Positions 7,786 through 17,036 of a stretch of 64,000 nt of DNA are shown here, piece by piece (position 1 is the first letter of the stretch; every line of letters starts with the position of its first letter). This stretch comes from a virus. The position numbers and the translations under genes were made by a program. Below the pieces are notes generated by a model. The model was given only the letters and a program-made list of their open reading frames with translations. It did not search any database and was not told the origin of the DNA. The stretch is from the IMG/VR virus record IMGVR_UViG_3300045988_125802; one strand, 5' to 3'.

Positions 7786-7952
7786 AAGTATTAGTGGTAC
7801 TACTTCTATTCTACTTAGTATGGGCATACATTAGGTATGACCCTAAGTTGGATTGGATAGAGAAAGAGGGTAAAACCCTGCACATCATACTGTGGTATAA
7901 CAAGTATTATTGGAGTGGGGAAGTAAAAAGAGTCTATGTAAAACTATTTTGA
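7782..7952 (+). CDS. putative small membrane protein (56 aa)
   Basis: MKVLVVLLLFYLVWAYIRY... with an ATGA overlap on the PRTase stop. It ends 3 nt before the next ATG and is below the ORF-track cutoff. Confidence 0.4.
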   Translation: MKVLVVLLLFYLVWAYIRYDPKLDWIEKEGKTLHIILWYNKYYWSGEVKRVYVKLF

Positions 7953-7955
7953 GAC

Positions 7956-8699
7956 ATGATAGAATTTGGAACTAAAAGGTCAGGTGGTGGTAAGAAATCA
8001 AGACTTCATAAGAAGTTTCCAAGAAAGAAGATAGACAGGGTAGGTGAGAAAGTTGCTGGATGGTTTAGAAGAAATTGGGATGATGATAGTTATCCTTATT
8101 TCAGTGGAAACCTTCATAAATTTCTCTTATCTAATGTAGACAGACCTGTTGATAAAGTATTCTCTGAGTTTTTGGGTAGATGTAGAACATCAGCAAAGAG
8201 GTACAATCTTAAGCATGAGTTCTATAGCATGTTTGAGGAAAAAGAGGATATTGGCTGTTGGGGAGGATTCTATCTTACTAATGGTATTATCAACTATAAG
8301 AAGAAAAGAAAATCTCCTCATAGAAAATCTCCTGCATCTATATTAGACCTCAATAGAAATCTCATCCCTGAAAACCTCAATGCCATATGCAAAAGATGTG
8401 AAGAAACACATAAAAAGCAATATTTAGGGAAGTTTTGGGTAGATTATAAAACCTTTCAAGAAGTGTACATCATAGAAAGAAAGGTATGGGATGATTGGAT
8501 TTATGACTATAATACATTCAAACTCACGCAACACTACAAGAGATGTTATCTTTATGGAGTAGGCTCAGGTGCACATAAGCATTCTTGGACTTCACAGAGT
8601 AGATTACATCCAAAAGTTACTTATGGAATAGTTGATTCTTTTGATATTATGAGAGATAAGTCTGATATTATATTCATTACTAAATACAAATCCCAATAA
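7956..8699 (+). CDS. hypothetical basic protein (247 aa)
   Basis: Long ATG ORF with a Lys/Arg-rich N-terminus. Confidence 0.55.
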   Translation: MIEFGTKRSGGGKKSRLHKKFPRKKIDRVGEKVAGWFRRNWDDDSYPYFSGNLHKFLLSNVDRPVDKVFSEFLGRCRTSAKRYNLKHEFYSMFEEKEDIGCWGGFYLTNGIINYKKKRKSPHRKSPASILDLNRNLIPENLNAICKRCEETHKKQYLGKFWVDYKTFQEVYIIERKVWDDWIYDYNTFKLTQHYKRCYLYGVGSGAHKHSWTSQSRLHPKVTYGIVDSFDIMRDKSDIIFITKYKSQ

Positions 8700-8724
8700 G
8701 AAATACAATTTTATTAAAAGGAGT

Positions 8725-8916
8725 ATGAAAACAAGTACAATAAGTAAGCTGGTGGTATGGGTTATCTTATTTATAATCCTACTTAATGTAGGATTTAGTA
8801 TGATAACAATGCCTAATACAATAGGGAATGTGATTGGGTTTCTTATTGTAGTAGCTATAGTGGTTATTTCAATCAAAACAAAATGTCTAACAACTATTAA
8901 ATTCAATAAGAAATGA
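8725..8916 (+). CDS. small two-TM membrane protein (holin-like topology)
   Basis: 63 aa with two hydrophobic helices and a basic C-terminus. It overlaps the next ATG (8913). Confidence 0.45.
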   Translation: MKTSTISKLVVWVILFIILLNVGFSMITMPNTIGNVIGFLIVVAIVVISIKTKCLTTIKFNKK

Positions 8917-9167
8917 CTGAAGAAAAAGTGAAACAAGGTGAAGAACTACTCAGGAGGCTAAGTAGACTCAAAGACCAAAGAAGCAGGTGGGAGAAGGGAG
9001 TATGTTTCTTTAGACTTGAGCTTGCTGATGTCACGGGGTATAATGGGAGGTAGAATACCTTCAGTATAGATGATTCCTTTATCAACTTTAATGAGGTCAA
9101 GCTACTTGCCATAGCCAAGATTGATAGGAGAATTTCAGAAGTTCAGGAGGAGTTTGATAGGTTGTAG
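8913..9167 (+). pseudogene. 84-codon coiled-coil-like ORF interrupted by an in-frame TAG at 9051-9053
   Basis: ATG at 8913 gives 46 codons, then TAG, then 37 more in-frame sense codons without any ATG/GTG/TTG start until TAG at 9165. Confidence 0.3.
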
Positions 9168-9178
9168 AAAGAAACCAA

Positions 9179-10042
9179 ATGTTTAACAATAAATTAAAAG
9201 AAAACGTGAAAAGTAAGTTTATTAAAGGGCTTTTGTTCACCTTTATGGTGATGACAAGTGTGATGTTCACCTCTTGTGGTTATGAGAGGGTGGATGCTGG
9301 TTATGAAGGCATCAAAGTGAATCTTTATGGTGATGACAAGGGAGTGGATGACATTACTCTTGTCACTGGTGCAGTATGGTATAATCCTGTTACTACTGCT
9401 GTGTATGAGTATCCTACATTTGTACAGACTGTAGACTATGCTCCATTCAGTATCAATGCCAAAGATGGTAGCTCATTTACAGTAGACCCTACTATCTCCT
9501 TGAAAATTGTAGATGGCAAATCTGCTGAGGTATTCAAGAAGTATAGGAAGGAGGATATTACTGAGGTTATCAATACAACTCTGTACAACTATGTAAGGAA
9601 TGCTTTCAGAATCCAGTTGAATAATTACACTACTGATGAACTGGTGAGCAAAAGAGAAGAGTTTGAGAAAGCTATTGAAGATAGACTGGCTAAGGAGTTA
9701 CTTGCTGAGAATTTTCAGTTAGAGCAGATGACTTCAGGTCTGCAATATCCTCAGACTCTTGTAAATGCTATTGATGCAAAGAATGCAGCAGTTCAAGAGG
9801 CTCAGAAAGCACAGAATGAGGTATTGAAGATTAAGGCAGAAGCTGAGAAGAAGATTGCAGCAGCAGATGGTGAAGCACAGGCTTTGAGAATCAAGGGTGA
9901 TGCAGAAGCAGAGTATAATAGAAAGATTGCTGCATCCTTATCTCCTTTGATTGTACAGCAAATGATGCTTGACAAGTGGGATGGTAAATTGCCTGTATAT
10001 GGCACAGTGCCTACATTATTCAAAGATATAGCAGGTAAATAG
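9179..10042 (+). CDS. SPFH/band-7 (prohibitin/HflC-like) domain lipoprotein
   Basis: Signal plus lipobox (VMFTSCG). The SPFH-like core is followed by an Ala/Glu/Lys-rich helical region (AEAEKKIAAADGEAQALRIKGDAEAEY) typical of the family. Confidence 0.7.
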   Translation: MFNNKLKENVKSKFIKGLLFTFMVMTSVMFTSCGYERVDAGYEGIKVNLYGDDKGVDDITLVTGAVWYNPVTTAVYEYPTFVQTVDYAPFSINAKDGSSFTVDPTISLKIVDGKSAEVFKKYRKEDITEVINTTLYNYVRNAFRIQLNNYTTDELVSKREEFEKAIEDRLAKELLAENFQLEQMTSGLQYPQTLVNAIDAKNAAVQEAQKAQNEVLKIKAEAEKKIAAADGEAQALRIKGDAEAEYNRKIAASLSPLIVQQMMLDKWDGKLPVYGTVPTLFKDIAGK

Positions 10043-10043
10043 T

Positions 10044-10382
10044 ATGTGGTGGATTATTATAGCTATCATATTTATTCTCATTACTATCTATATACTCAAA
10101 GATACTCATGTCAAAGTATATGATAGTGACTACTATGCTAAATTACAAGAGGAGTATGACCTCAAGTTACCTGTATGGGCATTACTGCTCATAATACTTG
10201 TGTATCTTATCCCTATTGTAAACATTATAGCATTTGTAGCTTTTCTTATTTTCTACATTGTACATGCAGTATGGGACCCTAAAGATTGTGAGGATGAAAC
10301 TCATGTGTTCTCATTAAATGGGAACAACTGGGTAACTAAAAGCCTGTTGGCAATAAAAGAAATATTAAACAAGAAGATATGA
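10044..10382 (+). CDS. membrane protein (3 hydrophobic segments)
   Basis: The ATG lies 1 nt after the SPFH stop. Stop and next start overlap (ATGA). Confidence 0.5.
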   Translation: MWWIIIAIIFILITIYILKDTHVKVYDSDYYAKLQEEYDLKLPVWALLLIILVYLIPIVNIIAFVAFLIFYIVHAVWDPKDCEDETHVFSLNGNNWVTKSLLAIKEILNKKI

Positions 10383-10870
10383 AACAAAGAGTATTCAATG
10401 TACTCATTTCTCTTGCAGTATTAGGTCTGGGGGCTGTAGTGCTCTCAGACCACTACAAGGGAGATGACCCGCCTCAATATGAGGTGGTAGATGTCAAATT
10501 AGTGCAACCAGAGTTTCTGTTATCAGAAAATCCTGAGGAAGACTTAATTGCTGTGATGGACTATTATGGGGTAAAACACCCTGAAATAGTCTATGCACAA
10601 GCTGTACTTGAAACTGGTCATTTTAAGTCAGACTTATGTCTGAATGGTAATAATCTGTTTGGCTTATACAATAGTAAGAAACACAGATACCATACATTTG
10701 ACCATTGGACTGAGAGTGTGGTTGCATACCTTGACTATGTGCAATATAGATACAAACCTCCGAATGATTACTATAAGTTTTTATCAGACATAGGGTATGC
10801 AGAAGACCCTGACTACATTAACAAACTAAAAGGAATTGTAAGTAGAAATGACAAGAGAAGAAGTGAATAA
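10379..10870 (+). CDS. N-acetylglucosaminidase-family peptidoglycan hydrolase with signal anchor (endolysin candidate)
   Basis: YAQAVLETGHFKSDLCLNGNNLFGL matches the glucosaminidase/FlgJ-type motif (A-x-LE-S/T-G ... NNLFG). There is an N-terminal hydrophobic anchor. Confidence 0.7.
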   Translation: MKQRVFNVLISLAVLGLGAVVLSDHYKGDDPPQYEVVDVKLVQPEFLLSENPEEDLIAVMDYYGVKHPEIVYAQAVLETGHFKSDLCLNGNNLFGLYNSKKHRYHTFDHWTESVVAYLDYVQYRYKPPNDYYKFLSDIGYAEDPDYINKLKGIVSRNDKRRSE

Positions 10871-11987
10871 CTTAGCTTTGTCCAAGATAGACAAAGCTAA
10901 GTATCTTATCTTAGAACTTATTACTGGGATGGGAAAGACCAAAGTAGCAATAGACCTCATTAATCATATATGTGATAGGGTATTCAGAAATGATGAAAGT
11001 CCTACTACTATACTTATTCTTGTGGCTAAGACTGTGCATAAGCAGACTTGGAAGGATGAGATTGAGAAATGGGGAGGTATCAAGTCTGACTATATTACCA
11101 TTGAATGCTATGAGTCACTAAAGAACTATGAGAACTCATACTTTGATGTAGTAGTGGCAGATGAGATGCAGCATTTGTCAGAAGCAAGAATTGATGTATT
11201 GGAGACTATCCATATCAATGAGTCTTTCATTGGATTGTCTGCCACTATTAAGAGAGACATGAGGGATTATTTCATCTACAACCACAAGGCTGAGGTCATT
11301 AAGTGTGGTCTCAAGGAAGCTGTAGAAGATGAAGTATTACCTGAGCCTACAGTATATCTACTGCCTTTGACTTTGGACACTACTAATTATACCTATAAGG
11401 TTAAGAAGTTTGGTCGTGATATAATCACCACCCAGAAAGGTTGCTATGATAGTATCTCTTCACTTATAGAGTGGTACAAGAATAAGTACTTTAATTCAAG
11501 AAATGAGAGAATAAAGAACTTATGGCTTTCAACAGCAGGCAAAAGACTGAAGTGGTGTGCTGAACAGAAGGAAGCCCTTGTACTATCTCTTCTTGACAAG
11601 TTCAGGAATTACAAGACTTTGACTTTCTGTAGTAGTATTGAGCAGTCAGAGAGGTTAGGTAAATACAATATCACCTCGAAGAATAAGGCTTCAGTGAAGA
11701 ACCTTGAGATGTTTAATCTCAATAAGATTAAACATATTACTGCCTGTAATATACTCAATGAGGGTGTGAACTTGACTAATTGTAGGATAGGTATATTCTG
11801 CAACTTGAATAGTTCGGAGATTGTAGTAAAGCAAAGAGTTGGTAGAATACTTAGACACAAATCTCCTATTATCATCATACCTTATTTTAAGGATACAAGG
11901 GAAGAGGAACTTGTGCAGAAGATGATAGAGGAGTACTCTGAGGATTCTATCATAAGTGTTGATAGTATTAATGACATTAAGCTATGA
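10848..11987 (+). CDS. superfamily 2 (DEAD/SNF2-like) helicase
   Basis: Walker A LITGMGKTKVAI, DExH box VVADEMQH, C-terminal helicase motif QRVGRILR. Confidence 0.7.
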   Translation: MTREEVNNLALSKIDKAKYLILELITGMGKTKVAIDLINHICDRVFRNDESPTTILILVAKTVHKQTWKDEIEKWGGIKSDYITIECYESLKNYENSYFDVVVADEMQHLSEARIDVLETIHINESFIGLSATIKRDMRDYFIYNHKAEVIKCGLKEAVEDEVLPEPTVYLLPLTLDTTNYTYKVKKFGRDIITTQKGCYDSISSLIEWYKNKYFNSRNERIKNLWLSTAGKRLKWCAEQKEALVLSLLDKFRNYKTLTFCSSIEQSERLGKYNITSKNKASVKNLEMFNLNKIKHITACNILNEGVNLTNCRIGIFCNLNSSEIVVKQRVGRILRHKSPIIIIPYFKDTREEELVQKMIEEYSEDSIISVDSINDIKL

Positions 11988-12583
11988 CAATTTGTTTAAG
12001 TAAAGAAGGATGTCAGAAGAACAACATTAGTCTTGCTGAGGCTCTCTTGATGCTTGCCATCCATAATAATGCTGACCTTGATACAGCTCAGAAGGAGCTG
12101 ATTAAGAAGGGCTATATAACTGCTAATAGGGATGACTTATTCCAACAGATTGGATGGAGACTTACTAATAAAGGCACTGAGGTAATAGATTCTGTGATTG
12201 TGGATTCTGATAAGAAACAGGAACCTAATGACAGGTTAATTCAGTTGGCTACAAGGCTCAAAGAGATATTTCCTAAAGGCAAAAAAGATGGTACTAACTA
12301 TTATTGGGCAGATGGAGTAGCTTTGATTGTACGAAGATTAAAGTTATTCTTTAAGAAGTATGGAAATACTTATACTGATGAGCAAATCATACAGGCAACC
12401 AGTAAGTATGTGGAAGGTTTCAATGGAAACTATACATATATGAGGTTATTAAAGTATTTCATATTCAAAGAGAAAGTTGGTGCTGCTGGGGAAGTTGAGG
12501 GGGATTCGGAGTTGATTAGTTATATTGAGAATGCTGACCAGACAGATAACCTTAAAAATGATTGGACATCTACATTAAAATGA
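11984..12583 (+). CDS. hypothetical protein (199 aa)
   Basis: ATGA overlap with the helicase gene. It sits between the two helicases. Confidence 0.5.
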   Translation: MTICLSKEGCQKNNISLAEALLMLAIHNNADLDTAQKELIKKGYITANRDDLFQQIGWRLTNKGTEVIDSVIVDSDKKQEPNDRLIQLATRLKEIFPKGKKDGTNYYWADGVALIVRRLKLFFKKYGNTYTDEQIIQATSKYVEGFNGNYTYMRLLKYFIFKEKVGAAGEVEGDSELISYIENADQTDNLKNDWTSTLK

Positions 12584-13758
12584 ATACATTAAGAGAAAGA
12601 GTAACAAAGAATCTACATGCTAGAAGGCAAAGGATTCTTGATGGACAATTAAATTGTATTCCATCCCCATTTAAAAGATTTAGTAATGACTTTATAGGTA
12701 TAGAACAATCCTGTTACTATACTATAACTTCATTCACTAAGGGTGGTAAATCACAATTTATGTCATACACCTTTATCTATAAGCCTCTTATGTTCTGTTA
12801 TTATACAAAGGCAGATATAGATATAAAGATATTGTATTTTCCTCTAGAGGAAACTCCAGAGAGAATTATGCAGAGATTTATATCTTGGTTGCTGTTTGAT
12901 TTTAGTCATGGAAGGATAAGAGTAAGTCCAAGAGACTTAAGAAGCACTACCAAGGCTGTTCCACAAGAAATACTTGATATAATTAATACTGAAGAGGTAC
13001 AAGATATAATCAGGTACTTTGAAGAACATATAGTATTTCCTGATGAAGCTTGCAACCCTACAGGTATATATAAGTGTTGTGTTAGATATGCAGAGGAACA
13101 TGGTAGTACCTATTATAAGACTGGGCAATATAAAGACGAGTTTGGGGTAATACAAGAGAGACAAGTATTTGATAGATATGAGCAAGATAATCCTAATGAA
13201 TATAGATTAATAGTGATAGATACTATTAATCTCATAGATACTGAAAGAGGGATGACCCTCAAACAATCTATGGATAAACTCAGCGAATACTGTGCTAAAT
13301 ATTTGAGGAATAGGTATCATTATTCCCCTGTAATAATCCAGCAACAAGCTTTTGATCAGGAAGGAAATGAGGCCTTCAAATTGGGTAGGGTAAGACCTTC
13401 GGTTGCAGGGTTAGGAGATAGCAAGTATACCTCAAGAGATAGTAATGTAGTACTTGGTCTATTTTCACCATTCAGATTTGCTATCAAGGACTATGAAGGA
13501 TATGACATTTCCAGGTTCAGGGATAACATAAGGTTTCTTGAAATGATTGTTAATAGAGATGGTGAGAGTGGTGGACTATGTCCTCTGTTCTTTGATGGAG
13601 CTGTATGCTACTTTAATGAGCTTCCAAGACCTAATGATAAAGATGGGTTATCAGAAGTATATAGGTACATAGATTCAACAATAAATCAAACTAACAAGAC
13701 TGCTAAGTCCTTCTTTAGTCATATTAGGAGGAAATTAGGTAAAGGGTTGCATCAGTAA
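12562..13758 (+). CDS. DnaB-like / RecA-fold replicative helicase (putative)
   Basis: P-loop-like FTKGGKSQF and Walker B-like YRLIVIDTINLID. The assignment rests on family resemblance only. Confidence 0.5.
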   Translation: MDIYIKMNTLRERVTKNLHARRQRILDGQLNCIPSPFKRFSNDFIGIEQSCYYTITSFTKGGKSQFMSYTFIYKPLMFCYYTKADIDIKILYFPLEETPERIMQRFISWLLFDFSHGRIRVSPRDLRSTTKAVPQEILDIINTEEVQDIIRYFEEHIVFPDEACNPTGIYKCCVRYAEEHGSTYYKTGQYKDEFGVIQERQVFDRYEQDNPNEYRLIVIDTINLIDTERGMTLKQSMDKLSEYCAKYLRNRYHYSPVIIQQQAFDQEGNEAFKLGRVRPSVAGLGDSKYTSRDSNVVLGLFSPFRFAIKDYEGYDISRFRDNIRFLEMIVNRDGESGGLCPLFFDGAVCYFNELPRPNDKDGLSEVYRYIDSTINQTNKTAKSFFSHIRRKLGKGLHQ

Positions 13759-13823
13759 GAAATATCTCATAGATTTGAAGTCTAATTTAGAAGTAATAAT
13801 ATTATAAATGAGAAGAAAAGAAA

Positions 13824-14124
13824 ATGGCAAATGCAGTGATTCTATTAGGAAAAAGTGGGACAGGTAAAAGTTCTAGTATCAGGGGTTTAGATCCCAAAGA
13901 GACTGTGGTACTAAATGTCCTTGGCAAAAAATTACCATTCAAAGGCAGTAATAATTTGTACAGTGAGAAGAATAAGAATCTATTCAGAATAGATGATTAT
14001 ACTCAAGCTATTAACATGTTACAAGGTATAGATAAGAATGCCTCTTATGTTCATAACATTATCATAGATGATGCTATCTATATCATGAGAAAGGAATACT
14101 TTAAAAGAGCTAAAGAAACTGGAT
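13824..14124 (+). CDS. AAA-type (Sak4/AAA_24-like) ATPase, exon 1
   Basis: Walker A GKSGTGKSS and Walker B NIIIDDA. The reading frame runs into the intron and stops at 14132. The 5-prime splice site after U14124 is supported by the P1 pairing. Confidence 0.65.
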
Positions 14125-14899
14125 TAAATTAGCCATAGTTCAGTATAAATTACTCAAATTGCTGGGAAGCCCTTAGAGCCTTTAGACTACAAAGTAGCCA
14201 GTAATGGCAAGCTTGAATGTTTGAAAACTAAAGGATTGGGTAATCAGCAGCTAAGGGTGCTATGTTATAGCATCAAAGTTCAACGACTAAAAGGGTAAAT
14301 GTATGAAGATAAAGAATAAACATCCAAGAGAGTACAGAATTTGGAAAGCAATGAGAAGTAGATGTAATGCTCCTTGCTTTGATAAAAGCACTTACAGGAT
14401 AAAGAATATAAAATGTTGCAGAAGATGGGATTCTTTTGCTAATTTTATAGAAGATATGGGTCAATGCCCTGAAGGTTGTAGCATAGATAGAATAGATAAT
14501 AGTAAAGACTATGAGCCTTCAAATTGTAGGTGGGCAAATAATAAGGTTCAAGCATCTAATAGAGGTGATTTTACTCCTTTAATAGAATACAAGGGGGAGA
14601 AACATATTCTCAAAGATTGGTGTAGGATTCTCAATAAAAATTATTCTACCATGAGGAAGAGAATGTATAGACTGAACATGTCTTTTGAAGATGCTTTGAT
14701 TTACGTAGACCCTAGAGATAAACTTATTCTGTGGGAGGGGAAATATTATACAAGACAGGAACTATGTGCACTGTATAATATACCTTTACAAAACTTTTAT
14801 GATAGAAGTCATAAGGGTTGGTCTCTTGAGAGGATACTTAAAACACCTATACATACATAAGATATAGTCTATTCCTTTATGAAAGTAAAGGTAGTTAAG
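14125..14899 (+). mobile_element. group I intron with HNH-like endonuclease ORF in P8
   Basis: P AATTGCTGGG (14157), Q AATCAGCAGC (14242), R GTTCAACGACTA (14278), S AAGATATAGTCT (14859). P1 is CUGGAU (14119-24) with GUUCAG (14138-43). P10 is AUGG (14900-03) with CCAU (14133-36). The terminal G is 14899. The exons sum to 681 nt, in frame. Confidence 0.8.
14303..14860 (+). CDS. intron-encoded homing-endonuclease-like protein (W-x-x-M-x-x-RC ... DRIDN ... NCRW family)
   Basis: YRIWKAMRSRC ... CSIDRIDNSKDYEPSNCRWANNKVQASN. It lies between intron elements R and S. A paralog is at 29919. Confidence 0.6.
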   Translation: MKIKNKHPREYRIWKAMRSRCNAPCFDKSTYRIKNIKCCRRWDSFANFIEDMGQCPEGCSIDRIDNSKDYEPSNCRWANNKVQASNRGDFTPLIEYKGEKHILKDWCRILNKNYSTMRKRMYRLNMSFEDALIYVDPRDKLILWEGKYYTRQELCALYNIPLQNFYDRSHKGWSLERILKTPIHT

Positions 14900-15279
14900 A
14901 TGGCAAATATACAGAATTAGCTATGCACTTTCAACAAATCATATCTACTATTGAGAGCATGAGAGATGATGTAAATGTATTCTTAATCCTTCATAGTGAA
15001 GATGTTCAAAGTGATAAAACCACTATAGGATATAAAGTAAGCACTGTTGGACATTTGATTGATAATCAATATAATCCTGTGGAAGTAGTTCCTATGGTAC
15101 TATATTCCTCTATCAAATATGATGATAAAGGGATAGCCACTTATGGATTTTATACTCACAGATTTATGGATGGTGTGGTAGAAATACCTGCTAAATCTCC
15201 TGCAGATATGTTCACTGAAGATTTTATTCCCAATGACCTTGGAATAGTAGTTAAAGCTATGAAGGAATATTATGGATAG
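14900..15279 (+). CDS. AAA-type ATPase, exon 2
   Basis: The in-frame continuation is open from 14899. The spliced junction reads KETG-Y-GKYTELAMHFQQ. Confidence 0.65.
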
Positions 15280-15544
15280 ACAAACAGTAGTAGAGGTAAG
15301 TAATATTTTGAATCAAGGAAAAATCCCCAACAATTCTCTGCAAATTATAGTTGAGTATTGCAGAGAGAAAGGTAAACAGGAAGATGCTATACCTGCCTTT
15401 ATATCAGTAATTTCTACGGAAAATATGTTAATCAGGAAGTGTCTGGAAGGGGCTATGGATTATTATAAGACAAAATTCAAAGTGTGCGAGTTATATAGTG
15501 CTCCCAATAGTTTAGGGATCCGAAACTTATTATTAATATATTAA
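15272..15544 (+). CDS. hypothetical protein (90 aa)
   Basis: ATG ORF overlapping the upstream stop. Confidence 0.5.
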   Translation: MDRQTVVEVSNILNQGKIPNNSLQIIVEYCREKGKQEDAIPAFISVISTENMLIRKCLEGAMDYYKTKFKVCELYSAPNSLGIRNLLLIY

Positions 15545-15558
15545 AAACAAAGAGAAGT

Positions 15559-15999
15559 ATGAACAAAGTATTGTCAATAAGACAGTTTGCATCAGTAAAA
15601 AGGATTGCAATGAATGTAAATCCTCTGGTGGTTAAAAAGAATAAGGTCGCTGCCAGGATTAATGAACTTAATGCAGAGTATAATGCTCTGACTGAGGAAA
15701 TTGAAGGACATGAGATGGGCATCAAAGCCCTTACTGGCGGTTATACCAGTGAAGATTTGGTTACTAAGAGAGTAGAAGATACTGGTAAGGTAGACAAGGA
15801 GGGCAAACCTATCAAGAAAACTACTTATGAACCTAAAGAGGGAGTAGTTATCTTCAATGAACAGGCTAATGTATATGAGATTCATATAGAAGAGCCTAAA
15901 CTTGAATATAGAATTATCGAAGTAGGTAATACCGAAAAAGTTCCTGAAGTAGAGGTAAAAACAGGAATAGATACCTCCATAGATCCTTTTAATGAGTAG
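15559..15999 (+). CDS. hypothetical protein (146 aa)
   Basis: ATG ORF. The antisense ORFs are judged shadows. Confidence 0.5.
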   Translation: MNKVLSIRQFASVKRIAMNVNPLVVKKNKVAARINELNAEYNALTEEIEGHEMGIKALTGGYTSEDLVTKRVEDTGKVDKEGKPIKKTTYEPKEGVVIFNEQANVYEIHIEEPKLEYRIIEVGNTEKVPEVEVKTGIDTSIDPFNE

Positions 16000-16067
16000 T
16001 AAACTATACATGAGAGATAATAAAGAAGATTTGAAAGTATAAAAAACAGCTTATAAAAACAATAATT

Positions 16068-17012
16068 ATGTATAAGAAGAAAACAGGTTCCACTTTTATG
16101 GCTTTTAGTAAAGGTACAGAAAGCAAAGAGGGTAATGAAATTGTAAGATATACAGGTGTTGCTCCTGTGTTTGTATTGGCTGTGAACCCTAGCAAAGAAG
16201 AATTGGAGAAATTATATAATACACAACTTGAGAATGCTCCTGAATACCTCGGAGAGATTGAAGTAGGTGAAGATAAACATAAAGTGAAAAATGTCAGGCT
16301 TGATTTTATTGTCAAAACCGATGCTGAAAAGTGTAATGGTATTGAGTTTGTTACTAAAGTAGCTTTCTTCATTAGAAATGAATATAGGTATAATAAAGAT
16401 CGAACCAAAGTACAGGTAATTGACAAGTATGGTAGAACTGCTTGGGTTACTATTGAACAGGCTAAAGCACATGAGATCCCTATGTATAAAAATGGTCCAG
16501 CTAATCTTGATAAAGACTATAGACCTGCTTATCATGGTGAGGAAGAGCTTACTGGATTTATAAAGGCATATCTCAACATTCCTAATGTAATGAAGTATGT
16601 CAATAATACTTGGGTTATGGTAGACAAACCTGAGGATTGTGAAGCAAGACTTGAGAGCATTGCTGAGTACTTCAAGGGTAATTTCAAGGAGCTGAGAGAT
16701 GTTATTGCATTGCAGCCTAATAACAAGGTTAAAGTATTGTTTGGTGTAAGAACCACTGATGATAACAAGCAGTATCAGGCTGTTTATAATCAGATGTTCT
16801 TGAAGAACAATATCACTGACTACAGTAAGTTGGATGCAGACTTGCAGGAAAGAAAGGCTGCTGGTGCATATCCTACTACTGAGTTTACTGTGGGTGACTT
16901 GAAGGAGTATGATGTAGAATCTACTGACCTTAGTAACTCTGGTGCAGCAGGTGATATGCCTTTCCCTGCTGGTGATACTGCTGGTGGTACACCTTGGGAT
17001 TTTGGTAAGTAA
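16068..17012 (+). CDS. possible ssDNA-binding protein (T7 gp2.5-like acidic/aromatic tail)
   Basis: C-terminal GDMPFPAGDTAGGTPWDFGK resembles SSB interaction tails, and the gene sits beside the primase. This is weak inference. Confidence 0.35.
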   Translation: MYKKKTGSTFMAFSKGTESKEGNEIVRYTGVAPVFVLAVNPSKEELEKLYNTQLENAPEYLGEIEVGEDKHKVKNVRLDFIVKTDAEKCNGIEFVTKVAFFIRNEYRYNKDRTKVQVIDKYGRTAWVTIEQAKAHEIPMYKNGPANLDKDYRPAYHGEEELTGFIKAYLNIPNVMKYVNNTWVMVDKPEDCEARLESIAEYFKGNFKELRDVIALQPNNKVKVLFGVRTTDDNKQYQAVYNQMFLKNNITDYSKLDADLQERKAAGAYPTTEFTVGDLKEYDVESTDLSNSGAAGDMPFPAGDTAGGTPWDFGK

Positions 17013-17036
17013 GTAGTAATTTCTAAAAAAAAAGCA

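Noticed and set aside
8903-9118. 71-aa minus-strand ORF
   Set aside because: It is a Ser/Leu-rich shadow of the plus-strand TAG-interrupted ORF, and all neighbours are plus-strand and tightly packed.
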